DNA of 64,000 nucleotides from Candidatus Magasanikbacteria bacterium RIFOXYC2_FULL_42_28 (GTDB lineage: Bacteria > Patescibacteriota > Patescibacteriia > Magasanikbacterales > GWA2-37-8), in NCBI GenBank assembly GCA_001784435.1, contig MFQZ01000005.1, positions 25,015-89,014 on the forward strand, given 5' to 3'. Positions 38,386-48,498 of the stretch are shown here, piece after piece. Numbering within the stretch: position 1 is the first letter of the stretch; the number at the start of each line of letters is the position of its first letter. The translations under genes and the position numbers were made by a program. The notes below the pieces were generated by a model, which saw only the letters and a list, made by a program, of their open reading frames with translations, searched no databases and had not been told where the DNA came from.

Positions 38386-40350
38386 ATGGCGGATCTCTGG
38401 CGTAATATTAATGGGACTAGTGATGCTAATTTAACCGGAAAATACCGCCATAAATGGGTGGAGGAAAATTTTTTGCCACCCAATAAAGGCGCTGAAACAA
38501 TTTCAACTGGCACACGAAATTTTTTAGGGCGCGCCTTACCGGAAAGACGACTTAAAATTTTTGCCGGCATAATGATTTTGGGATTTCTAATCGTGATTGC
38601 AAAAACATCGTATTGGCAAATTTTTAACGGCGAAAAATATTTAGCGCTGTCTGAAAATAATCGCATTCGCATCAAACCTATTCCGGCCGAACGGGGCGTG
38701 ATAGTTGACAAATTTGGAAAACAACTTGTTCAAAATGTACCTAATTTTTCTTTAAATATCGTTCCCCAAGATGTGCCCCGCGAAGGGATAAAAAGGCGCG
38801 AAGTGGTAGAAAGCGTCGCTACTACTACCGGTTTATCTTATGAAGAAATCGAGGCCTTACTTTATAAATATCGTTTTCACCGCCTGGAATCAATTACTGT
38901 CAAAGACAATTTAGATTACAGCGCCGCTTTAAAACAATACATTAAAAATGCGGAATTGCCCGGGGTAAATATTGAGAGTGGTACTAGGCGCAACTATGAA
39001 TTCACTAATTTTGATAATCCAAACAAGGCCTTAAGCTTGTCCCATATTTTAGGGTATTTAGGTAAAATAAACGATGCCGAGTTGGAAAAACTAGGGGCGA
39101 ACGGTTATCTAATATCCGATAACATCGGACGCACCGGTTTGGAAAAAATTTATGAAAAAGAACTACGCGGAATTTATGGTAAGAAAAAAATTGAAGTGGA
39201 TGCTTACGGCCGAGAACAAAATATCGTTGCGCAGGAAGCACCCGTTCCCGGAAAAAATCTCTATTTGTCAATTGATTTAGAAGCGCAACAACAATTGGAA
39301 AAATTTATTTCCGCGGGCGCGACTAAAGAACACCCCCGTTTGGCCGCTGTCGCCTTAAATCCCCAAACCGGCGCGATTTTGGCAATGGTATCTTGGCCGG
39401 CGTATGACAACAATAAATTTGCCGGCGGTATTAGTCGCGATGATTACGCCACGTTATCAACTGACCCCGACCAACCGCTGTTTAATCGCGTTATTGCCGG
39501 CTCTTATCCATCGGGCTCTACTATTAAACCGGTAATGGTCGCGGCCGCGCTGGAAGAAGGAGTGATAACCAAAAATACCACCATTATGAGTGTGGGTGGA
39601 ATTTATGTGGGGGACAGATTTTTTAGGGACTGGCGCGTCGGCGGACACGGCGCCACTAACGCGCAGAAAGCGATCGCGCAATCTATTAATAGTTTTTTCT
39701 ACTATATTGGCGGTGGCTATCGCGATTTTGAAGGGCTGGGAGTAGAACGAATAGCGAAATATTTAAAAAAATTTGGACTGGGCGCGATAACCGGAATTGA
39801 TTTAACCGGAGAAGCGCCCGGGCTGGTACCCGATCCAACTTGGAAACAAGCGAATAAAAAGGAACAGTGGTATATTGGCGATACCTACAATCTATCAATT
39901 GGACAAGGTGATTTGCTCGTAACTCCGCTTCAAGTAGCCGTTTGGACAGCGGCCATTGCCAACGGAGGACGAGTGGTGCACCCGCATTTAGGAGAAAAAT
40001 TAGTCGATCCCGCCACCAACACGATAACTACATTAGGAAAAGAACCAACTGATCCGGTAATTTCCGCTCCGTCGGTTAATCTGGCCAAGCAAGGAATGGG
40101 GGAATGTGTAAAAACAGGTAGCTGTCACCTGTTAAGTTATTTGCCTTTTACTGCTGGTGGCAAAACCGGCACCGCTCAGTGGAGCGCGACCAAAAATACT
40201 CACGCCTGGTTTACGGCGTTTGCCCCTTATGAAAACCCGCAGGTGGTAATTACCGTCTTAATGGAGGAGGGCGGGGAGGGTGGCGTGGTGTCAATTCCAA
40301 TCGCGCGTGAATTTTTGGCCTGGTGGGGAAAAAAATATTTGACACAATAA
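38386..40350 (+). CDS. mrdA: Penicillin-binding protein 2
   Basis: PAERGVIVD, GSTIK (SxxK), SIN (SxN), KTGTAQ. Confidence 0.92.
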   Translation: MADLWRNINGTSDANLTGKYRHKWVEENFLPPNKGAETISTGTRNFLGRALPERRLKIFAGIMILGFLIVIAKTSYWQIFNGEKYLALSENNRIRIKPIPAERGVIVDKFGKQLVQNVPNFSLNIVPQDVPREGIKRREVVESVATTTGLSYEEIEALLYKYRFHRLESITVKDNLDYSAALKQYIKNAELPGVNIESGTRRNYEFTNFDNPNKALSLSHILGYLGKINDAELEKLGANGYLISDNIGRTGLEKIYEKELRGIYGKKKIEVDAYGREQNIVAQEAPVPGKNLYLSIDLEAQQQLEKFISAGATKEHPRLAAVALNPQTGAILAMVSWPAYDNNKFAGGISRDDYATLSTDPDQPLFNRVIAGSYPSGSTIKPVMVAAALEEGVITKNTTIMSVGGIYVGDRFFRDWRVGGHGATNAQKAIAQSINSFFYYIGGGYRDFEGLGVERIAKYLKKFGLGAITGIDLTGEAPGLVPDPTWKQANKKEQWYIGDTYNLSIGQGDLLVTPLQVAVWTAAIANGGRVVHPHLGEKLVDPATNTITTLGKEPTDPVISAPSVNLAKQGMGECVKTGSCHLLSYLPFTAGGKTGTAQWSATKNTHAWFTAFAPYENPQVVITVLMEEGGEGGVVSIPIAREFLAWWGKKYLTQ

Positions 40351-40406
40351 AATATTACCGCTATAATTATTAGATTGAAAATTAGAAAAATTAAAAAACA
40401 TAATTT

Positions 40407-40877
40407 ATGATAGATGACCAACCAATCCACTACCTTACTCCCGCCAGTTTAGAGAATTTAAAAAAAGAAAAAGAAGAGGTCGAAAATATAAAAATTCCGG
40501 AGATTGCCAAACGCATTGACGAAGCCAAACAGCAGGGCGACTTATCGGAAAACGCCGAATATCACGCCGCGCGCGAAGAAATGTCCTGGGCGCAAGGACG
40601 TTTGGCCGAAATTGACCGAATTTTACAAAATTCCCAAATTTTTAACAAGTCAGCTAACAAAGATGAGGTTCAGCTCGGTTGTACGGTAGTTGTTAAAGTT
40701 AATGGTAAAGAAAAAGAATTTACGATTGTCGGACCCCAAGAGGTCAACCCGGCCAAAGGATACATTTCCAACGAGTCACCACTGGGAGAGGCCTTACTGG
40801 GGCATGCCAAGGGGGATAAAGTCACCATAACAACTCCAGCAGGCAAACAGGTGTATGAAATTGTGAAGATAAAATAA
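40407..40877 (+). CDS. greA: Transcription elongation factor GreA
   Basis: GDLSENAEYHAA, ISNESPLGEAL. Confidence 0.95.
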   Translation: MIDDQPIHYLTPASLENLKKEKEEVENIKIPEIAKRIDEAKQQGDLSENAEYHAAREEMSWAQGRLAEIDRILQNSQIFNKSANKDEVQLGCTVVVKVNGKEKEFTIVGPQEVNPAKGYISNESPLGEALLGHAKGDKVTITTPAGKQVYEIVKIK

Positions 40878-40888
40878 ATAGCCAGACC

Positions 40889-40919
40889 AAAATATCCCGA
40901 TTTAATCGTGATATTTTTT
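40889..40919 (+). terminator. greA terminator (recurring ATATC..GAT/ATCGTGATAT hairpin)
   Basis: AAAATATCCCGAT-TTA-ATCGTGATATTTTTT. Confidence 0.65.
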
Positions 40920-40994
40920 GTTTAATTAAATTTTGACGATTTATTTGATTTAAGGTATAATATCTGGGTCAATTTTCTTAAAAAATTAATTTTT

Positions 40995-42455
40995 ATGACG
41001 GAAAATTTAAACGAGGAAGCTGTGCGCTTAGAACACTTAAACGCCATTAAAACTGCCGGAACCAATCCCTATCCGGCCAAATCCGACCGCACCCACACCT
41101 TGGCGGTCGCACACGCGAGCGCCACTGATACCGCGGTAACAGTAGTCGGCCGAATTATGACTATGCGCACCATGGGCAAATTGTGTTTCGCTCATTTGCG
41201 TGATGATAGTGGAAAAATACAAATCGCGGTTTCGGAAAAAGAATTAGGCGCGGACAAATTTAAATTTTTTACCAAAAATTTGGAGATGGGGGATTTTGTG
41301 CAAACGGAAGGAACGATTTTTACCACACACAAAGGAGAAATTTCCGTGCTCGTAAAAAATTATACTGTTTTGGCCAAAACTCTTCTGCCATTGCCGGAAA
41401 AATTTCACGGGCTGTCTAATGTGGAAACACGCTATCGACAACGTTATTTAGATTTAATATCCAGTGACGAAGCGATGCGTATCGCCAAAGTCCGATCACT
41501 ACTGGTGCGCGAAATTCGTAATTATTTTGACGCTGAAGGATTTTTTGAGGTAGAAACGCCGATTTTACAAACACTTTATGGTGGCGCTTTGGCCAAGCCA
41601 TTTGTTACGCACCACAACGCGCTGGATATTCCTTTGTATTTGCGCATTGCACCGGAATTGTATTTAAAACGATTAATAGTTGGCGGTTTTGAAAAAGTTT
41701 ACGAAGTGGCACGCTGTTTTCGCAACGAAGGCATTGACCATAACCACAATCCGGAATTTACGCAAATTGAATTTTACTGGGCTTACGCCGATTACAATAA
41801 ATTAATGGATTTTGTGGAAAAGATGTTACCACATATTATTACGGCCGCCGATTTGCCTTTGAAATTTACGGCCGAAGGCCAAGAGGTTGATTTCACACCG
41901 CCATATCCGCGCGTTTCAATGCGAGAGTTAATAAAAAAATACGCAAAAATTGACATTGAAGATTATTCGGATCAAGCGAGTATGTTCGCGTTAGCGAAAA
42001 AATTAAATGTAGATGGTGTAGATCCGGGAACCGGACGCGGGAAATTGATTGATGAAATTTATAAAGCGTACGCTCGGACAAAAATTATTAATCCGATATT
42101 TATGATTGATCATCCGGTGGAATTATCACCTTTGGCCAAGAAAAAATCCGATGACCCGCGTTATGTGGAAAGATTTCAATTGCTGTGTGTAGGTGGTAAC
42201 GAATTGATGAACGCTTTTTCGGAATTAAACGACCCGATTGACCAAGAGGAACGACTTAAAGAACAAACGCGTTTGGCCGATGCCGGCGACGAGGAGTCAA
42301 TGCCCTATGATGAGGATTTTGTGACTGCTTTGAAACACGGGATGCCGCCGACGGCTGGCCTTGGTATGGGTATTGATCGGCTAGTCAAATTATTGGTTAA
42401 CGCCGATAATTTGAAAGAGGTGATTTTGTTTCCGACTTTGAAGCCGAAGGAGTAG
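40995..42455 (+). CDS. lysS: Lysine--tRNA ligase (class II)
   Basis: RYRQRYLDL, LRIAPELYLKRL, FRNEG, GMGIDRL. Confidence 0.97.
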   Translation: MTENLNEEAVRLEHLNAIKTAGTNPYPAKSDRTHTLAVAHASATDTAVTVVGRIMTMRTMGKLCFAHLRDDSGKIQIAVSEKELGADKFKFFTKNLEMGDFVQTEGTIFTTHKGEISVLVKNYTVLAKTLLPLPEKFHGLSNVETRYRQRYLDLISSDEAMRIAKVRSLLVREIRNYFDAEGFFEVETPILQTLYGGALAKPFVTHHNALDIPLYLRIAPELYLKRLIVGGFEKVYEVARCFRNEGIDHNHNPEFTQIEFYWAYADYNKLMDFVEKMLPHIITAADLPLKFTAEGQEVDFTPPYPRVSMRELIKKYAKIDIEDYSDQASMFALAKKLNVDGVDPGTGRGKLIDEIYKAYARTKIINPIFMIDHPVELSPLAKKKSDDPRYVERFQLLCVGGNELMNAFSELNDPIDQEERLKEQTRLADAGDEESMPYDEDFVTALKHGMPPTAGLGMGIDRLVKLLVNADNLKEVILFPTLKPKE

Positions 42456-42457
42456 TT

Positions 42458-42883
42458 ATGACAAAGGTAATGTTATTCGGCACCTTTGACATCCTGCACC
42501 CCGGACATGAATATGTCTTTAAGCAAGCGCGACGTTATGGTGACCATTTAACAGTGGTAATAGCACGCGACGCGACGGTTTTAAAAATAAAAAAACATTG
42601 TCCGGTAAATTCAGAAAAGGAGCGCGTTAAAAATTTAAAAAAGACCGGTTTGGTTAACAAAGTGGTTTTGGGAAATTTGGGCGATAAATTGGTGGTAGTA
42701 AAAAAAGCCAAACCAAACATAATTGTGCTCGGATACGACCAAAATAATTTTATTGACGAATTACGTGCCGAATTTCCCAAAATAAAAATCGTGCGTTTAA
42801 AATCTTATTACCCCAAAAAATACAAAAGTTCGCTAATGACGAATTATGAAAAAAATTCCGCTACTCATCGCCACCACCAATAA
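42458..42883 (+). CDS. Cytidylyltransferase-family protein (RibL/FAD synthase-like)
   Basis: FGTFDILHPGH, IARD, LGYDQ, YKSS. Confidence 0.8.
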   Translation: MTKVMLFGTFDILHPGHEYVFKQARRYGDHLTVVIARDATVLKIKKHCPVNSEKERVKNLKKTGLVNKVVLGNLGDKLVVVKKAKPNIIVLGYDQNNFIDELRAEFPKIKIVRLKSYYPKKYKSSLMTNYEKNSATHRHHQ

Positions 42884-43880
42884 ACACAAGGCCAAAGAAA
42901 TGCTAAGTTTCCTGGGCGATTTGCCGTTTAAATTTTTGACTTTAAATGATTTAAAAAATGTTCCCAAAGCCCCGGCTGAAGCCGGAAAAACATTAGAGGA
43001 AAACGCGATTTTAAAAGCACGCTATTACGGCGAAAAAACCGGACTGATCTGTTTGGCGAATGATACCGGGCTATTTATTAACGCTTTAAAGGGTTGGCCG
43101 GGTGTAATCAGCGCGCGCGTAGGCACCTCGGGAAAAGACCGAAGGGATAGGGTGCTAGCTAAAATGAAAAATACTAAAAACCGCCAAGCCGAATTTAGAG
43201 CTGTTTTGGCAATTTATGACCCCAATGCGGAAAGCTTGCATACTATGGGAGGTTCCACCAAGGGAAAAATAACGAAAGTACCGGGATTTGATAACGGCTT
43301 TGACTATGATATGATTTTTTCTGTATCAGAAAAAAATAAAATTTACTCTGAAATGACCGTAACGGAAAAAAATGCTGTTAGCCATCGTGGCAAAGCGTTA
43401 ATTAAAATTAAATATCTTTTGCAGAATATCTATTGCGCCAAACACATTGTAGTGCCGGTAGCAATTATAATAAAAAATGGTAAAATCTTAGTCACAAAGC
43501 GCAACGATCCTCACCGACCGGAATATCACGAAAGATGGGAATTCCCAGGCGGCTCAATGGAGATGGGCGAGACTATCGAAGAAAATTTAATCCGAGAAGC
43601 TAGCGAAGAAGCGGGTTATATAATTGAACCACTCGAACAATTAAAGCAGATCTACATAAAAGAGCAACGATACCCAACCTGGAGTTATCAGGTATATTTA
43701 ATACCGTATATTTGCTCAATATCTGGTGGGACTGGACGATATAACGATGCCGAAGTATTGGACGCGCGCTTCATAGAACCTGAAGAAATGGGAGAAATGA
43801 AATTTGTTGATAAAAATGAAGCAATGTTTAAAAAATTTTTACCAGAATTAAAACAATTGATTAAAAAATATCATTTATAG
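42846..43880 (+). CDS. RdgB/HAM1 non-canonical NTP pyrophosphatase fused to a NUDIX hydrolase
   Basis: ATTNKHK, ENAILKA, EKNAVSHRGKA; WEFPGG-x5-E-x7-REASEEAG. Confidence 0.85.
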   Translation: MKKIPLLIATTNKHKAKEMLSFLGDLPFKFLTLNDLKNVPKAPAEAGKTLEENAILKARYYGEKTGLICLANDTGLFINALKGWPGVISARVGTSGKDRRDRVLAKMKNTKNRQAEFRAVLAIYDPNAESLHTMGGSTKGKITKVPGFDNGFDYDMIFSVSEKNKIYSEMTVTEKNAVSHRGKALIKIKYLLQNIYCAKHIVVPVAIIIKNGKILVTKRNDPHRPEYHERWEFPGGSMEMGETIEENLIREASEEAGYIIEPLEQLKQIYIKEQRYPTWSYQVYLIPYICSISGGTGRYNDAEVLDARFIEPEEMGEMKFVDKNEAMFKKFLPELKQLIKKYHL

Positions 43881-43881
43881 T

Positions 43882-44301
43882 ATGACAGAAAAAAGAAAAT
43901 TCACACCAAAATCTGCAATAGCACTAGAGTCAGAAAATGAAATGACCCCAGAAGAATTGGCGGAACTTATAAAAGTTGAACTTATCCCCTTCTCAGATGA
44001 TGTCCATAGTGTAACAACCCAGAAAGAGGCTGCGGGAAGTTACATAGCATTCAATGGATTCAAATGGATGATTGATAAAAAAAATTACAATTTAAAAATT
44101 TGGCCTAGTAGTACGATACCACCTTTAGATCACGTGATGGTTGATCGTAAATTATATTTTGAGGGCACCTATGGAAATATATCTAGAAGTTCTGGCCTTG
44201 AATTTAGGCAGAGACAAAACTTCACAAGGACAGAGACTGCCGCAATTAAATTAGCACTGGAAAAATTTTTTGGGGTAGAAATTACTTACTTTATTAAATG
44301 A
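43882..44301 (+). CDS. Hypothetical protein
   Basis: 139-aa ORF tightly packed in the operon, AT-richer codon use. Confidence 0.65.
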   Translation: MTEKRKFTPKSAIALESENEMTPEELAELIKVELIPFSDDVHSVTTQKEAAGSYIAFNGFKWMIDKKNYNLKIWPSSTIPPLDHVMVDRKLYFEGTYGNISRSSGLEFRQRQNFTRTETAAIKLALEKFFGVEITYFIK

Positions 44302-44302
44302 T

Positions 44303-45556
44303 ATGTTAGACATAAAATTTATTCGCGAAAACGCGGAGTTAGTAAAAAATAACTGTTTAAAAAGACGAGTTAAAATAGATATTGACAAATTGCTTGCAAC
44401 AGATGAAGAACGTCGTTCAAATTTAAGAAGAGTAGAGGAATTACGTGCTTTACGCAATCAAAAATCCAAAGGCAAGCCAACCGAAGATGAAATTACCAAA
44501 ATGCGCACAATTGGAGATGAAATAAAAAGTTTAGAGAGCGAGTTGACGGAAATTGAAAATGAATATCATGCGCTTTTATTGGCCGTGCCAAACTTAACTA
44601 ACGAGGAGACACCAGTGGGGGGCGAAGAGGATTTTAAAGTCGTAAAAACCGTTGGTAAAATTCCCAAATTTGATTTTCCGGCTTTAAACCACGAAGAACT
44701 TTTGATTAAGAATGACCTGATTGATTTTGAACGCGGAACCAAAGTAGCAGGCGCGAAATTTTATTTTGTCAAAAATAATTTAGTACGGTTGAATCAGGCG
44801 CTTATAAATTATGGTATAGATGTCGTGACGGCTCACGGCTACACGCTCGTGGAAACGCCGGATTTGGCTAAAAATGAAATACTATCCGGTATTGGTTTTA
44901 ACCCGCGCGGTGAGGAAACCCAAGTGTATTCAATAGAAAATACCGATTTGAGTTTAATCGGCACAGCTGAAATAACCATGGGCGGGTATCATGCCAATGA
45001 GGTATTGGATTTATCAAAAGGCGCAAAAAAATATGTCGCTCTATCACATTGTTTCCGCACCGAAGCCGGTGCTTATGGCCGAGAGTCCAAAGGTTTATAC
45101 CGGGTCCACCAATTTGCAAAATTAGAAATGTTTATCTATTGCAAACCGGAAGAAAGCGAAAAATACCACGCCGAACTTTTGGAAATTGAAAAAGAAATTA
45201 TTGACGGCCTAGAATTGCCCTATCGCGTAATTGACATTGCCTCTAGTGATTTGGGTGGTCCGGCTTATCGCAAGTTTGATATTGAGGCCTGGATGACCAT
45301 GAAAGCGGGGGATGGTAAAACTGGCGACTATGGCGAAATTACCTCTACCAGTAATTGTACTGACTACCAAGCGCGCCGTTTAAATATAAAATACCGCAAA
45401 GAGGACGGTGGAACCGAGTATGTCCACACCTTAAACGGCACGGCAGTGGTGTTAAGCCGCTTCCCATTGGCAATTGTAGAAAATTACCAACAAGCCGACG
45501 GCACGATAGCAGTGCCAAAAATATTGCAAAAATATTGCGGATTAAAAAAACTTTAA
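44303..45556 (+). CDS. serS: Serine--tRNA ligase
   Basis: MLDIKFIREN, CFRTEAG, YRVHQF, SNCTDYQARRL. Confidence 0.97.
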   Translation: MLDIKFIRENAELVKNNCLKRRVKIDIDKLLATDEERRSNLRRVEELRALRNQKSKGKPTEDEITKMRTIGDEIKSLESELTEIENEYHALLLAVPNLTNEETPVGGEEDFKVVKTVGKIPKFDFPALNHEELLIKNDLIDFERGTKVAGAKFYFVKNNLVRLNQALINYGIDVVTAHGYTLVETPDLAKNEILSGIGFNPRGEETQVYSIENTDLSLIGTAEITMGGYHANEVLDLSKGAKKYVALSHCFRTEAGAYGRESKGLYRVHQFAKLEMFIYCKPEESEKYHAELLEIEKEIIDGLELPYRVIDIASSDLGGPAYRKFDIEAWMTMKAGDGKTGDYGEITSTSNCTDYQARRLNIKYRKEDGGTEYVHTLNGTAVVLSRFPLAIVENYQQADGTIAVPKILQKYCGLKKL

Positions 45557-45559
45557 ATT

Positions 45560-46675
45560 ATGCACACTTGGGTAGAAGTTGATTCCAAAGCGATCAACTA
45601 CAATTTGGCGCAATTTAAAAAAAAAATTGGACCGGATAAATTACTGATGCCGGTTGTTAAAGCCAATGCTTATGGGCATGGCATAGTTGAAATTGCTAAA
45701 ATTTGCGATTCTAATAGGGGAGTGAACAGAATTTGTGTCGTGAATGACGACGAGGCATTTTTACTTGTAAAATCCAACATTAAAAAACCGATAATGATTT
45801 TAAGTTTTTATGATTGTAGTGATGAACACAAAATGTATTCACTGGCTAAAGCGGATGCAATATTCGCGGTTTATCGAGATGACCAAATTAAATTATTAAA
45901 TAAAGTAGGGGAGAAGGCTAATGTCAAAATCCGCGTTCATCTAAAAGTTGATTGCGGGACAGGGAGAATTGGGGTATTGCCAGTTGACGCTGTCAGAGTT
46001 GCCCAAAAAATTGTCGCACAGAAAAATTTACAATTGGAAGGGTTGTGGAGCCATTTTGCCAGCAGTGAAACAGATAAAATTTATACAAAAAAACAGCACG
46101 AAATTTTTCAAAAAACTGCTGCTCAAATTGAAAAAGCCGGAATTAAAATTCCAATTAAGCACATGGCCTGTTCGGCCTCGACCGTTCTATTCCCATTAAA
46201 CCAATACACCGCCGCGCGCGTAGGGTTGAGTACTTATGGTTTACATCCGAGCCAAAATACTAAGCCCAAAATTAACCTTAAACCGGCTTTATCTTGGCAC
46301 ACCCGCATAATTCAAGTCAAAACCCTCCCCAAGGGCTCTAAAATCAGCTACGGTGGCACTTACACGGCCAAAGCACCGATAACCTTGGCCGTACTGCCGG
46401 TAGGGTATTATGACGGTTATGACCGGAGTATGTCTAATGTCGCCGAAGTGCTTATTAAAGGCCAAAAATGCCCAATTCGTGGCCGAATTTGCATGAATTT
46501 ATGTATGGTAGATATTAGTAAAGTAAAAAATGTAAAAGTGGGAGATGTGGCAACATTAATTGGCACACAAGGCAAAAATAGCGTGTCAGCCGATCAGTTA
46601 GCCAAATGGGCAAATACTATTAACTACGAAATTGTAGACAGAATTAATCCGCTTATACCCAGAATTTATCGGTAA
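45560..46675 (+). CDS. alr: Alanine racemase
   Basis: VVKANAYGHG, GYYDGY, GRICMN, TINYE. Confidence 0.95.
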   Translation: MHTWVEVDSKAINYNLAQFKKKIGPDKLLMPVVKANAYGHGIVEIAKICDSNRGVNRICVVNDDEAFLLVKSNIKKPIMILSFYDCSDEHKMYSLAKADAIFAVYRDDQIKLLNKVGEKANVKIRVHLKVDCGTGRIGVLPVDAVRVAQKIVAQKNLQLEGLWSHFASSETDKIYTKKQHEIFQKTAAQIEKAGIKIPIKHMACSASTVLFPLNQYTAARVGLSTYGLHPSQNTKPKINLKPALSWHTRIIQVKTLPKGSKISYGGTYTAKAPITLAVLPVGYYDGYDRSMSNVAEVLIKGQKCPIRGRICMNLCMVDISKVKNVKVGDVATLIGTQGKNSVSADQLAKWANTINYEIVDRINPLIPRIYR

Positions 46676-46689
46676 CATACCAGGGAGGC

Positions 46690-47679
46690 ATGTCAAAATT
46701 TTTTTATTCGGAAAATAGCCACAAACAACATCAACCGCCAGACAGTTTTTGGCGGCGATTTTTAAAGTATCGCCAGAAAAAAAAAGCGCAAGCCGATCTA
46801 AACAACTACTCAAAATTAAGAAATCCATATCGTAAAGAACCAAAACAGCAGCGTAAATTTCATTTAGTGCCGATTGGGCTGGGCCTCTTATTTATCGTTT
46901 GGCTGGCAATTATGGTCTATTTGCCATTTTTCCAAATTTCAAAATTATCATTTACCGGACTCAAAACAATTAAACAGTCGAAAATTGAAAACACCGTATT
47001 GGCCGAACTTAATCAACGCCAATGGCTTCCTTCGGCTAACTATTTTTTGGTCTCCACAAATAAAATAACCTCAAAATTACAAGAAAATTTTCCTTTACAG
47101 TCAATTACCATTACCAAAATTTTTCCCAATGAATTAAAAATTGCGGTGGCAGAAAAAATTTCCAGCATTGTCTATGACAACAGTAAATATTATTACTTAT
47201 TGGACGAATCAGGGGCGGTAATGGAAATATTAGGGCCGGTCGGGGCAGGATCGTATATAAATCAACAGATGACCTCAACAACAGTCAGCTCAACGGCAAT
47301 TTCGACGACAACGGTGGCTATCCACCTACCGGAATATCAAAAAATAACAACTGACTTTGGCGCGTATCCAATTTTGTATGATTATACCGCGCCCGAAAAT
47401 ATCAATTTAAAACAAATTGTTTTAACCAAAGAAATCATCGCGACTACCATTGAAGCGAGTGAAGAACTCGAAAAACAGGGGATAGGGCATTTAAAGTATT
47501 TTGTCATGGAAAGCCAGACGGCCGGCCTAAAGGCCATCACTGACAAAAAATTCCAAGTTCTGTTAAGTTTCTTTAATCCGGTTAAAGATCAAATCGCAAA
47601 CGCCGCGACAATTTTACGGACAAACCGTCCGAACGAGTATGTTGATGTTCGTTTTGGCGAACGGGTGTTTTGGAAGTAG
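46690..47679 (+). CDS. FtsQ/DivIB-like POTRA protein
   Basis: Single TM, KIFPNELKIAVAE, C-terminal EYVDVRFGERVFWK. Confidence 0.75.
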   Translation: MSKFFYSENSHKQHQPPDSFWRRFLKYRQKKKAQADLNNYSKLRNPYRKEPKQQRKFHLVPIGLGLLFIVWLAIMVYLPFFQISKLSFTGLKTIKQSKIENTVLAELNQRQWLPSANYFLVSTNKITSKLQENFPLQSITITKIFPNELKIAVAEKISSIVYDNSKYYYLLDESGAVMEILGPVGAGSYINQQMTSTTVSSTAISTTTVAIHLPEYQKITTDFGAYPILYDYTAPENINLKQIVLTKEIIATTIEASEELEKQGIGHLKYFVMESQTAGLKAITDKKFQVLLSFFNPVKDQIANAATILRTNRPNEYVDVRFGERVFWK

Positions 47680-47684
47680 GGGGT

Positions 47685-47729
47685 TGTGGATAAGTGGGGT
47701 TTGACATAATTTAAGTATTAATATATAAT
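47685..47729 (+). promoter_or_regulatory. DnaA-box-like site plus consensus sigma70 promoter
   Basis: TGTGGATAA (47685), then TTGACA(47701)-17nt-TATAAT. Confidence 0.75.
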
Positions 47730-47770
47730 TGAGTATAATAACTCTTACACTCAATTATAAATATCACATT

Positions 47771-48493
47771 ATGCCCACAATTTCAAGATTAACCGCCGCC
47801 TCTATAATACTCCGCGAACCTGCTGAAAATTTGATATTTCAATTGCACAAAAATAAAGTGAGTCCAGAAAATATTGTTAATGAGATATACAAAAAAACTA
47901 AGATCCATATCAACCCGCGAACTATTCAAAAAATTCTCAAATTGCCAGTAACTGCCGGATCGCCAAACACTAATAATCAAAATTTGCTCTATAAAAAACC
48001 GATTGGCAAAGGCGAAGTCATATCGATAATACTTAATCAACCATTTAACGAATTACTAAAAAACCTATATATCTCGCAAAATATGACGGCGGCCGAAATA
48101 TCTGACGAGTTATTTAAAAAAACAAAAATACTAATTACAAATAGATCGATTGCTCGAAATTTAAAAAAACTGGGATTAATCAGGACACTAAGTGAAGCTT
48201 TTAATTTGGCAATTAAAACTGGGCGTAAATCCTACGTGCATCTACGAAGAACTAAGAAATCGATAGAACTACGCAAAGGTGTGCAGCTTAAAATGCGCTA
48301 TAACGTACTTCAAAGAGACAAATTTAGATGCGTATTATGCGGTAGAGACGCGAAAGATGATCGCCTTGAAATCGACCACATCGTCCCCGTCGTCGCCGGT
48401 GGTACGAATGACATAAAAAACCTTCGGACATTGTGCGCGGAATGTAATAAAGGCAAAATGTTGTTGGAGGAAAGACATATCATTGCACTATAA
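47771..48493 (+). CDS. HNH endonuclease with duplicated N-terminal HTH-like modules
   Basis: RDKFRCVLCG...LEIDHIVP...GGTN...NLRTLCAECNKGK; start reassigned to MPTISR. Confidence 0.85.
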   Translation: MPTISRLTAASIILREPAENLIFQLHKNKVSPENIVNEIYKKTKIHINPRTIQKILKLPVTAGSPNTNNQNLLYKKPIGKGEVISIILNQPFNELLKNLYISQNMTAAEISDELFKKTKILITNRSIARNLKKLGLIRTLSEAFNLAIKTGRKSYVHLRRTKKSIELRKGVQLKMRYNVLQRDKFRCVLCGRDAKDDRLEIDHIVPVVAGGTNDIKNLRTLCAECNKGKMLLEERHIIAL

Positions 48494-48498
48494 CTAAT

